NCBI GenBank assembly: GCA_035285125.1
Contig: JAYKHR010000045.1
Span: forward strand, 160,001 to 224,000
Direction of reading: 5' to 3'
DNA length: 64,000 nt
Origin: Candidatus Sericytochromatia bacterium
GTDB lineage: Bacteria; Cyanobacteriota; Sericytochromatia; S15B-MN24; JAQBPE01
Part shown: in pieces, positions 37,862 to 45,926 of the stretch
Numbering within the stretch: position 1 is the first letter of the stretch
How the letters are laid out: each line of letters begins with the position of its first letter
Made by a program: the position numbers and the translations under genes
Notes under the pieces: generated by a model
Seen by the model: only the letters and a program-made list of their open reading frames with translations
Databases searched by the model: none
Told to the model about the DNA's origin: nothing

Positions 37862-38941
37862 ATGGGCGCCACCGGCCAATCCCCCTCCGTCGTCGCCTCG
37901 CTGTCGCTGCTCGACCGCTTCTTGCCCGTGTGGATCTTCGTGGCGATGGGCCTCGGCCTCGGCCTCGGGCAGGCCCTTCCGGGCCTCGGGGCCAGCCTCG
38001 ACGCCTGGAAGGTCGCGGGCGTCTCGGCCCCGATCGCGCTGGGGCTCCTCACGATGATGTATCCGGTGCTCGCGCGGGTGCGCTACGAGACGCTCGGCGC
38101 GATGCAGGCCAAGGGCCGGGTGTGGGCCCTGTCGCTCGCCTTCAACTGGGTGCTGGGCCCCGCGCTGATGTTCGCCCTCGCCTGGGTGATGCTGCCAGAC
38201 CAGCCGGCCTACCGCACGGGGCTCGTGCTGGTGGGCCTCGCCCGCTGCATCGCGATGGTGCTGCTGTGGAACGACCTGGCCCGGGGCGACCGCGAGGTGG
38301 GGGCCGTGCTGGTGGCGCTCAACTCGCTGTTCCAGATCGCCATGTACGCCGTGCTTGGCTGGTTCTACCTCACGGCCCTGCCCACCTGGCTCGGGGGCAC
38401 GGCCACGGCCCTCGACGTCTCGATGGGGCAGATCGCGGGGTCGGTGGGGATCTTCCTGGGCATCCCGTTCGCCCTCGGTGCCCTCACGCGGGCCCTCGGC
38501 GTCCGGGCGCGGGGCCGCGCCTGGTACGACGGCGTCCTGATGCCGCGCCTCGCGCCGCTCGCCCTTGGCGGGCTGCTCTACACCATCGTCTTGATGTTCG
38601 CGATGCAGGGGGCCAAGCTCCTGCAGCTGCCGCTCGACGTCCTGCACATCGCCCTGCCGCTGCTGGCCTACTTCGCCGTGATGTTCACGCTGGCCTTCGC
38701 CGTGAGCAAGGCGGCGGGCCTCTCCTACGAGGACAGCGCGGCGCTGTCGTTCACGGCGGCCGGCAACAACTTCGAGCTGGCGATCGCCGTGGCCGTCGGG
38801 CTCTTCGGCATCGGCAGCGCCGAGGCCCTGGCCGCCGTCGTGGGCCCGCTCATCGAGGTGCCGGCGCTCGTGGCGCTGGTGTACGTGGCGCTGTGGCTTC
38901 GCGCACGCTGGGGCGCCGGGGCCGCGCCGGCCGCACGCTGA
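37862..38941 (+). CDS. acr3: ACR3 family arsenite efflux transporter
   Basis: LDRFLPVWI, MMYP, GLARCIAMV, GNNFELAIAVA and GPLIEVP. Confidence 0.97.
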   Translation: MGATGQSPSVVASLSLLDRFLPVWIFVAMGLGLGLGQALPGLGASLDAWKVAGVSAPIALGLLTMMYPVLARVRYETLGAMQAKGRVWALSLAFNWVLGPALMFALAWVMLPDQPAYRTGLVLVGLARCIAMVLLWNDLARGDREVGAVLVALNSLFQIAMYAVLGWFYLTALPTWLGGTATALDVSMGQIAGSVGIFLGIPFALGALTRALGVRARGRAWYDGVLMPRLAPLALGGLLYTIVLMFAMQGAKLLQLPLDVLHIALPLLAYFAVMFTLAFAVSKAAGLSYEDSAALSFTAAGNNFELAIAVAVGLFGIGSAEALAAVVGPLIEVPALVALVYVALWLRARWGAGAAPAAR

Positions 38942-38954
38942 GGGCGGGCCCACC

Positions 38955-38985
38955 CCCGTGGGGCGCACCAGCAGCGCCCCACGGG
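38955..38985 (+). terminator. Perfect 12-bp stem hairpin after acr3
   Basis: CCCGTGGGGCGC-ACCAGCA-GCGCCCCACGGG. No U-tract. Confidence 0.5.
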
Positions 38986-39020
38986 CCTGCGTGGGGGAGG
39001 ACGCCCGTTCAGGACAAGTT

Positions 39021-39050
39021 CTTTTAGGGGGTTTAATCTATCCTTAAACA
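39021..39050 (+). promoter_or_regulatory. TTAA direct-repeat box (11-bp period)
   Basis: CTTTTAGG-ggg-TTTAATCT-atc-CTTAAACA, upstream of the S8 peptidase. Confidence 0.55.
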
Positions 39051-39132
39051 ACTTGCCCCCCCTCGTTGTCCCTTCGTTGCATGTTCGGCGGACAAGCCCC
39101 CCGGCCAGACTTGCGCGCGAAAGGACTGCCTG

Positions 39133-40422
39133 ATGACCCGGCGTTGGCTCCTCGGTGTGACCCTCCTTGGCCTCGGCCTGCCCGGGTGCGGCCAGGCCCT
39201 GCCCCAGGCCCTGGCGGTGGGGGGCCCCGGGGCCCAGGCCCTTGGGGGCCTGGCCGCAGCGGGCCTGTTCGTGAAGCTCGAGGGTGAGGTCAGCCGGGCC
39301 GAGGCCACGCAGCTCTTCGCGGCCCATCACCTGCGGGATGCGACGGACGAGAAGCCGCTGCTCGCCAAGCTCGGCTGGCGCTGGGTGCGTCAGACGGTGC
39401 CCGGCACGGCCCTGGCCGCCGCGCGGGCCCGCCTGGCCGCGACCCCCGGCGTGGCCGACGCTGCCCTGAACGAGGTCGTCACCCTCCCCGAGGGCGAGGC
39501 CGCGCGGCCCTTCACGCCCCCGGCCTGGCATGTCGCGGGCCACAACGACCCGCTGCTCGGGCAGTCGTGGGCTTTCCGCAAGCTGAACCTGGAGGCCGCC
39601 CACGCCATCACGATGGCAAGCCCCCGCACCGTGGTCGCCATCCTCGACACGGGCGTGGACTGGGACCACCCGGACCTCGCCACGGCGGAGGGCGTCTCCC
39701 GGGTCGTCAAGGGTCGCGACACGCTGCGCAACACCGACAACCCGCGCGACGGAGGCGGCCACGGCACCCACGCGGCGGGCATCGCGGCGGCCACCGCCAA
39801 CAACGGCAGGGGCATGGTCGGCGTGGCCCCGCGCTGCCGCATCCTGGCCGAGAAGGTGGTCTCCGACCACGGCTATGGCGACATCGCCAGCGTCTCCGCC
39901 GGCATCGTGCATGCCACCGACCAGGGGGCCCACGTGATCAGCATGAGCCTCGGCACGCCCAACCCCCACCCCGTCGTCAAGGATGCCGTGCTTTATGCGC
40001 AGCGTGCAGACGCTATCCTCGTCGCGGCGATGGGCAACAGCGGCCACAACGACATCCTGTACCCGGCGGCCTTCCCCGGCGTCATCGCCGTGGGGGCCAC
40101 GCGCGACGATGACACGCGGGCGTCCTTCTCGTCCTTCGGCGACTGGATTTCCGTGGCTGCTCCCGGCCACAACATCCTTGCCACGGTGCCCACCTTCGCC
40201 AGCGAGTACCCGGTCCGCGACTATGGCTGGATGTCGGGCACGTCGATGGCCACGCCCCACGTGGCGGGCCTGGCCGCCCTCGTCAAGGACGCCCACCCGC
40301 AGTGGGACGCGGCGGCCGTGAAGCGGCGCATCGAGGAGACGGCCGTGCCCCTCGGGGGAAGCGCCTTCAACGCGTACTTCGGCCATGGCCGCATCGACCC
40401 GGCGAGGGCCGTGCGCCCCTGA
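39133..40422 (+). CDS. Subtilisin-like S8 serine peptidase, lipoprotein
   Basis: Lipobox GLPGC. Catalytic triad in ILDTG, HGTHAAG and SGTSMATPHVAG. Confidence 0.95.
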   Translation: MTRRWLLGVTLLGLGLPGCGQALPQALAVGGPGAQALGGLAAAGLFVKLEGEVSRAEATQLFAAHHLRDATDEKPLLAKLGWRWVRQTVPGTALAAARARLAATPGVADAALNEVVTLPEGEAARPFTPPAWHVAGHNDPLLGQSWAFRKLNLEAAHAITMASPRTVVAILDTGVDWDHPDLATAEGVSRVVKGRDTLRNTDNPRDGGGHGTHAAGIAAATANNGRGMVGVAPRCRILAEKVVSDHGYGDIASVSAGIVHATDQGAHVISMSLGTPNPHPVVKDAVLYAQRADAILVAAMGNSGHNDILYPAAFPGVIAVGATRDDDTRASFSSFGDWISVAAPGHNILATVPTFASEYPVRDYGWMSGTSMATPHVAGLAALVKDAHPQWDAAAVKRRIEETAVPLGGSAFNAYFGHGRIDPARAVRP

Positions 40423-40431
40423 GCCCTGCCC

Positions 40432-40797
40432 TCAGGCCTCGGGCGCAGGGCCGAGCCAGTCGACCTGCGACAGCCGCGCGGCCTCGCGGATGTCCTCCGG
40501 CGCAAAGCGGCTCGAGCGGATGAAGTCCAGGCCCTCCGCGATCCAGGTGGCGAGCGCGCGATCCGTCAGGCGGTAGAACACGTGCCGCCCCTCCTGGCGC
40601 TCCGCCACGAGCTTCTGGGCCCGCAGGATCGACAGCTGGCGGGACGTCTTGGCGTGGCTGATGCCGAGGATCGCCTGCAGGCTCGCCACGTCCAGCTCGC
40701 CGCGGCGCAGCTCCTCCACGATCTGGAGCCGTTCAGGGTGGGACAGCACCCCGAACAGCTCGCCGAGCTCCCTGGCTGCGATCTTCCGATGTGGCAA
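40432..40797 (-). CDS. ArsR/SmtB family regulator with no Cys, paralogue of 11474-11839
   Basis: LSHPERLQIVEELRRGELDV...QEGRHVFYRL..LATWIAEGLDFI. Confidence 0.9.
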   Translation of the reverse strand: MPHRKIAARELGELFGVLSHPERLQIVEELRRGELDVASLQAILGISHAKTSRQLSILRAQKLVAERQEGRHVFYRLTDRALATWIAEGLDFIRSSRFAPEDIREAARLSQVDWLGPAPEA

Positions 40798-40808
40798 GAC
40801 GCCTACGC

Positions 40809-40931
40809 CTCCATAGATATATGTATGCGTGCTGCAGTTCTGATGTCAAGCCTGTTCCGGGTCTTCAGGTGCTTGACCGCAGGTGTTTTCAATGTTACTC
40901 TCCAGATATATAGATAAGCATATATATGGAG
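40809..40931. promoter_or_regulatory. Divergent promoter with mirrored AT-rich boxes and a 12-8-12 inverted repeat
   Basis: CTCCAGATATAT-N8-ATATATATGGAG at 40900-40931, and a related CTCCATAGATATATGTATGC at 40809-40828. Each overlaps the GGAG RBS of one arsR. Confidence 0.65.
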
Positions 40932-40937
40932 ACGTAA

Positions 40938-41240
40938 ATGAAAGCGCCTTCGCTTGTCCAGTTCAGCCAGATGCTGCGCGTCCTTGCCCACCCGGTTCGC
41001 TTGCGGGTGGTGGAGTTGCTGCTCGATGGAGAGCGCGACGTTTCGGCGATCGGGCAGGCCCTGGGGCTCGAGGGGCCGGCCGTGAGCCAGCACCTCTCCC
41101 TGTTGCGGGCTCACCGGCTGGTCGACCAGCGGCGGGTGGGGCAGCGGGCCTTCTACAGGTTGAGCTCAGACGGCCTGGGCCGCTGGCTCATGGCAGGCAG
41201 CCGCCTCTCCACGGCGGAGCCGCTCGCGTTCGACGCCTGA
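40938..41240 (+). CDS. ArsR/SmtB family regulator with no Cys
   Basis: LAHPVRLRVV..AVSQHLSLLRAHRLV..GQRAFYRL. Confidence 0.9.
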   Translation: MKAPSLVQFSQMLRVLAHPVRLRVVELLLDGERDVSAIGQALGLEGPAVSQHLSLLRAHRLVDQRRVGQRAFYRLSSDGLGRWLMAGSRLSTAEPLAFDA

Positions 41241-41257
41241 GAGAGGACGGTCCCCCC

Positions 41258-41869
41258 ATGCTTGCCTCGTGGTTGAAGTCTCGGATGGAGGCCAAGCCTC
41301 GGTCCTGTCTGCTGATCGGCTGCTCGGACGCCCCGCGCGTGCTTCCCGGAGAGCCCGGGGCAGGCTGGACGGACGTCGTGCGCATCGTGAGCCACGGCAA
41401 CGTCGTGCCCTCTCATGGGGTGGCCCCCCAGCCAGTGGCCGCCGCCATCACCCACGCGGTCCAGCACCGCGGCGTGCAAGACCTGGTCGTGTGTGGCCAC
41501 ACGGCCTGCGGGGCCCTGCGGGGCTTGCTGCTGCCGCCGGACCTTGCGCCGAGTGAGGGGCACCGGGCCTGGTCGGCGCACGCGGCCCGGACCCGGGCCC
41601 TGCTGCGGGAGCACTACATGCACCTCGATGGCGAGGCCCTCTGGGAGGCTGCCGTGCAGGAGCATGTGCTGGTCCAGCTCGAGCAGCTGCTCACCCACCC
41701 GACCGTTCGCGAGGCCGTCGATGGCGGCCGCCTGAGGCTCCACGGCTGGCTCCATGACGAGCGGCAGGACCAGCTGCTCGCCTACGACCCCGCCCTGGAG
41801 CAGTTCACCACTCTGAGCACCCCCGTGCCGCCCCGTCCACCCCAGCGTGGCGGCTCTTTCCGAGACTGA
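41258..41869 (+). CDS. Divergent beta-carbonic anhydrase-like protein
   Basis: IGCSD, VCGHTACGA, VLVQLEQL and LHGW are retained. CxDSR reads CSDAPR and the N-terminus is short. Confidence 0.8.
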   Translation: MLASWLKSRMEAKPRSCLLIGCSDAPRVLPGEPGAGWTDVVRIVSHGNVVPSHGVAPQPVAAAITHAVQHRGVQDLVVCGHTACGALRGLLLPPDLAPSEGHRAWSAHAARTRALLREHYMHLDGEALWEAAVQEHVLVQLEQLLTHPTVREAVDGGRLRLHGWLHDERQDQLLAYDPALEQFTTLSTPVPPRPPQRGGSFRD

Positions 41870-41879
41870 AGGAGGTCCC

Positions 41880-43301
41880 ATGCAGGTCCATCACGCCCCC
41901 AGCGAGGCGGCCACGTCCGCCCTCACCACCGTGGCCGTGATCCCAGGAGACGGGATCGGGCCCGAGATCACCCGCGCCGTCGTGCGCGTGCTGGAGGCTG
42001 TCGGCGCGCCTCTGGCCTGGGACTGGCAGGATGCCGGCCTCTGCGCCCTCGGGAGGGCTGCCAATGGCCTGCCGTCCGACACGCTGGGGGCCATCCAGCG
42101 TCACCGCGTGGCCCTGAAAGGCCCCACGGCGACGCCCTCGGGCAGCGGCCACAAGAGCGTCAACGTCACCATCCGCAAGGCGCTGGACCTCTATGCCAAC
42201 GTCCGCCCCGTGCGATCGTTGCCGGGGGTCAGGACGCGCTACGACCAGGTCGACCTCGTGATCGTGCGGGAGAACATCGAGGACACCTACGGCGGCATCG
42301 AGCACCGGCAGTCTCCCGAGGTCGTCCAGTGTCTGAAGGTCATCACCAGGCCAGGCTCTCTTGCGGTCGCCCGCTACGCCTTCGAGCTGGCCCGCTCGTG
42401 GGGGCGCAAGCGCGTGACGTGCGTCCACAAGGCCAACATCCACAAGCTGTCGGACGGCCTGTTCCTGTCGTGCTTCCAGGAGGTGGCTGCGGAGTACCCC
42501 GACATCCAGGCCGACGACATTCTGGTCGACAACGCCTGCATGCAGCTGGTCACGGCGCCCGAGCGGTTCGACGTGCTGGTGACGCCCAACCTCTACGGTG
42601 ACATCATCTCCGACCTCGCCGCCGGGCTCGTCGGGGGCCTCGGCGTGGCCCCCGCCGGCAACATCGGGGCCGACGTGGCCGTGTTCGAGGCCGTGCACGG
42701 CACGGCCCCCGACATCGCCGGGAAGGGCCTGGCCAACCCGACGGCCCTCCTGCTCTCGGCCGTCCAGATGCTCCGCTACCTGGGCCTGCACGGGCAAGCT
42801 GAGCGGGTCGAGGTTGCCTTGCGCCAGGTGCTGGCGGAGGGGATCTGCACGCGAGACCTGGGAGGCACAGCCACCACCGACGCGTTCGCGGAGGCCATCG
42901 TGAAGGCGCTGCCAGCCGGCGTCGAGCCTTCGGGGGTCCGGCAGGCCAGCCGGGTGGTCGCGCAGGCCCGTGCCCGGGAGGTGGCGCCGCCGCCGCGCTG
43001 GGAGGTGCGGGGCGTCGACGTTTTCGTGGAGCACGGGGGGATCCCCGCGTTGCCCGAGCGGGTGGGACCATTCACCCTCTCGATGATCTCGAACCGGGGC
43101 ACCAAGGTGTTCCCGGGCCCTGCCCCGGAGATCCTGCTGGTGGACTGGCATCGGTGCCGCTACATGGCAGCCGCTGAGGTGTCCGAAGGGGACGTTCTGG
43201 AGCTGCTTGGGGAGATCAGTCAGCACTGTACGTGGATGCATGTCGAGAAGCTTCGCCATGCCGACGGGCAGCCCTGCTACAGCAAGGCCCAGGGGGAGTG
43301 A
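41880..43301 (+). CDS. icd: Isocitrate dehydrogenase with C-terminal extension (Thermus/Rickettsia NADP type)
   Basis: GDGIGPEI, KSVNVTIRK, VRENIED, HKANI, PNLYGDIISD and EAVHGTAPDIAG. The tail GVDVFV..MISNRGTKV is typical of this IDH subtype. Confidence 0.92.
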   Translation: MQVHHAPSEAATSALTTVAVIPGDGIGPEITRAVVRVLEAVGAPLAWDWQDAGLCALGRAANGLPSDTLGAIQRHRVALKGPTATPSGSGHKSVNVTIRKALDLYANVRPVRSLPGVRTRYDQVDLVIVRENIEDTYGGIEHRQSPEVVQCLKVITRPGSLAVARYAFELARSWGRKRVTCVHKANIHKLSDGLFLSCFQEVAAEYPDIQADDILVDNACMQLVTAPERFDVLVTPNLYGDIISDLAAGLVGGLGVAPAGNIGADVAVFEAVHGTAPDIAGKGLANPTALLLSAVQMLRYLGLHGQAERVEVALRQVLAEGICTRDLGGTATTDAFAEAIVKALPAGVEPSGVRQASRVVAQARAREVAPPPRWEVRGVDVFVEHGGIPALPERVGPFTLSMISNRGTKVFPGPAPEILLVDWHRCRYMAAAEVSEGDVLELLGEISQHCTWMHVEKLRHADGQPCYSKAQGE

Positions 43302-43303
43302 CC

Positions 43304-44197
43304 ATGACCGCGACCACGGACCAACCGGCGGCATCGGGTCCTTGGGCCCCCTTCAGGGGACGGACGGCCGTGATGCCCACGCGTCACGGCAAGGTGGAGC
43401 TGCTCGCGCCGCTGCTCTGGGAGGGCCTCGGCCTTCGCCTCGTGGGGGTCGAGGATCTCGACACCGACGCCTTCGGAACCTTCACGGGCGAGGTGCCGCG
43501 ACCAGGGGGCCAGCTCGAGACGGCGCGGGCCAAGGCCGAGGCCGCCCTGGCGCGCACGGGGGCCGATCTCGCCCTCGCCAGCGAGGGCAGCTTCGGCCCG
43601 CACCCGGCAGCGCCCTTCTTGCAGGCGGACCGGGAGCTGCTGGTCCTCGTCGACCGTGCGACGGGCCTGGAGCTCGTGGGCGCGGCCCTCTCGCCCTCGA
43701 CCAACCTGGCCCGGGCGATTGTGTCGACCCGCGAGGAGGCCCTGGCCTTTGCCGAGCGGGTCGGCTTCCCCTCGCACGGCCTGATCGTGCGCGACGGGCC
43801 CGATGCCGAGCTGGCGGGCGTGGTCGCGAAGGGCCTGGCGACGCGGGCGGCCCTGGAGGCGGCGCTGGAGCTGGCCCTGCCAAGGGGCTTGGGACGCGCG
43901 GTGGCGATCGAGACCGACATGCGGGCCCACCTGAACCCGACGCGCCAGGCGGTGATCAGGCAGGCGGCGGGTGATCTGGTGGCGCGGGCGCTCAGCCACT
44001 GTGGCGCCTGTGGTGCCCCTGGCTTCGCCGTGGTCGAGGTGCAGCCGGGCCTGCCCTGCGGCTGGTGCGGCGAGCCCACCCGGCAGCCGCTTGCCAAGGT
44101 CGAGGGCTGCGTGCGCTGCGAACACACGCGCCGGCGCCCGTTTCCGGCCGGCGAGCGCACGGCCGATCCGGGACGCTGCGAGCTGTGCAACCCCTGA
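43304..44197 (+). CDS. DUF6671-like protein with C-terminal Cys clusters
   Basis: T.HGK, DTDAFGTFTGEVPR, ASEGSFGPHP, ETDMRAHLNPTR, four CxxC and a terminal CNP. Family recognised from memory. Confidence 0.8.
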   Translation: MTATTDQPAASGPWAPFRGRTAVMPTRHGKVELLAPLLWEGLGLRLVGVEDLDTDAFGTFTGEVPRPGGQLETARAKAEAALARTGADLALASEGSFGPHPAAPFLQADRELLVLVDRATGLELVGAALSPSTNLARAIVSTREEALAFAERVGFPSHGLIVRDGPDAELAGVVAKGLATRAALEAALELALPRGLGRAVAIETDMRAHLNPTRQAVIRQAAGDLVARALSHCGACGAPGFAVVEVQPGLPCGWCGEPTRQPLAKVEGCVRCEHTRRRPFPAGERTADPGRCELCNP

Positions 44198-44206
44198 AGG
44201 CCCGCC

Positions 44207-44236
44207 AGGAGCCGCGCCCCGCGCGCGGCTCCTTTT
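44207..44236 (+). terminator. Rho-independent terminator of the arsR-CA-icd-DUF6671 operon
   Basis: AGGAGCCGCGC-CCCGC-GCGCGGCTCCT-TTT. Confidence 0.75.
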
Positions 44237-44337
44237 GGAGTTCATCAAGTTTCCGTTAAATGGGGCACCCTGCCAGGGCTTCCGGGGGATGATCGGGTCA
44301 GATTGCGCCCAGGGCACCCCTGGATGGAGGATCCCCC

Positions 44338-45546
44338 ATGACCGACCCCGTCGCCCGCCCCGGCACCCAGCCCCTCACCCCCCCACCGCCTCGGCGCCCC
44401 CCGGCCCAGGCGCCGGCGCCTGAGGGGGCCGTGGCCCTGCCCACGGGCGACGCACCCCGGCCCGCCGAGGCCGCGCCCCGTGACAGAAGTGCGGTGGAGA
44501 CGGGTCGCCTTGTCGGCGGCCGCGCCGTGGCCGGCGCCCGCAGCGCCCAGGAGGCCGCCGAGGCCGGGGGCAAGATCATCGAGGGCGTGAACCTGCTGGG
44601 CGATGGCGACCTCCTCGGCGCGGCGGCGCAGGCCGGGGCCGGCATCGCGGGCGCCGTCGAGGGCACCCGCACGGCTGCCAACCACCTCAGCAAGGCGGGG
44701 GCGAACGCCGGCAGCGCCAGGCTCGCCGCCGTGGCGCGCCACCTGCGTGACGCCGTCGGGGAGCGCTCTGTCGTGGGGCGCACCGGCCAGGGCGCCGGGG
44801 GCACGGCCACCGCGGCGCGTGGCGCGCAAGGCGCACTGGAGGCCGGTGGCAACCTCACGGAGGGCCTCAACCAGGCGCTGGCTGGGGACGCGACGGGCGG
44901 CGGCGTCCAGGCCGCCAAGGGCTTCTCGGAGACGGTGGCGGCGGCCCGGGAGGCGGCCGGCGGCGCCCGCCGCGTCGCCCAGGCCGTCGGGGGCGAGCAG
45001 GGGCGGCTCACGCAGGCCGCCGAGCGCATGGAGCGCCACCTCGGTGAGGCCTCCCGCGTCGGCCGCCTGGGCCAGGCCGCGGGGGGGGGCGCCGCCGTGG
45101 TTGGTGGGGCGTTGAACATCGCCCGGGGCGTCGAGCAGGTGCGGCAGGGCGACCTGCTGCAGGGCGCCACCACCGCCGTGGGCGGGGCTGGCGAGGTCGC
45201 GGCGGGCACTGCCCAGGTCGCCCGAACGCTCGAGGCCGTGACGCCGGTGGCGGGCACCGTCGCGCGGGTGGCGACGCGCCTGGGCCCAGCGCTCGGGGCC
45301 ATTGCCGGCACGGTGCAGGTCGCCTCCGCCCTGACTCAGAAGCCGGAGCCCGACTACAGGGCTGCCGCGACGGGCGCGATGACCACCGTGGGCAGCGCGC
45401 TGCTGCCCTTCCCGCCGGCCGGCACGGCCGTCGGCGGCGCGCTCGTGGCGGGCGCCGCCGTGCTCGAGAACTGGAACGCCATCGCGGGGGCGGCCCGAGG
45501 GGGCTTGGGGCTGCTCTCCAACGGGTGGCGATCTCTGGTAGGCTGA
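44338..45546 (+). CDS. Gly/Ala-rich helical protein with C-terminal hydrophobic hairpin
   Basis: GGAGG RBS, repeated GD..G motifs and glycine-zipper-like segments. No Sec signal. Confidence 0.75.
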   Translation: MTDPVARPGTQPLTPPPPRRPPAQAPAPEGAVALPTGDAPRPAEAAPRDRSAVETGRLVGGRAVAGARSAQEAAEAGGKIIEGVNLLGDGDLLGAAAQAGAGIAGAVEGTRTAANHLSKAGANAGSARLAAVARHLRDAVGERSVVGRTGQGAGGTATAARGAQGALEAGGNLTEGLNQALAGDATGGGVQAAKGFSETVAAAREAAGGARRVAQAVGGEQGRLTQAAERMERHLGEASRVGRLGQAAGGGAAVVGGALNIARGVEQVRQGDLLQGATTAVGGAGEVAAGTAQVARTLEAVTPVAGTVARVATRLGPALGAIAGTVQVASALTQKPEPDYRAAATGAMTTVGSALLPFPPAGTAVGGALVAGAAVLENWNAIAGAARGGLGLLSNGWRSLVG

Positions 45547-45551
45547 TCGCC

Positions 45552-45917
45552 ATGCAAAGGGGCTGCACCGTCTTGGAACCGACCATTCCTCTCGAGGACC
45601 TCCTGGATCTCATCGCGGCCCTCGCGCCGCCGGAGAGCGCCGATCTGGTCGCGCTCTCGATCGACGCCCTGGGCCTCGGGGGCCAGGAGGCCTTTACCCG
45701 CGCCGACTTCCTGGCCGTGCTGTCCCACCTCACGCGCTACGGGCAGCGCCTCGTGCGCGACCCGGCCCAGACCCCCGGCGCCAGCGACGCGCAGCGGGCC
45801 CACATGGCCGCCATGCTCGAGGCCGTGTCAGCCCATGCCATGCCCGTTCTTCAGGACGCAGAGCCCGCGGCGCAGGACGCCGGTGGGGCCACCGTGCTGC
45901 AGGAGGCCGAGTCCTGA
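45552..45917 (+). CDS. Small acidic helical hypothetical protein
   Basis: Starts 5 bp after the upstream stop, coding-style codon use. The start may instead be TTG 45573. Confidence 0.6.
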   Translation: MQRGCTVLEPTIPLEDLLDLIAALAPPESADLVALSIDALGLGGQEAFTRADFLAVLSHLTRYGQRLVRDPAQTPGASDAQRAHMAAMLEAVSAHAMPVLQDAEPAAQDAGGATVLQEAES

Positions 45918-45926
45918 CGCCGGCGC

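Noticed and set aside
34693..38985. Possible genomic island at tRNA-Leu carrying the kinase and ars genes
   Set aside because: No integrase, no duplicated tRNA 3' end that I could find, and no obvious compositional shift.
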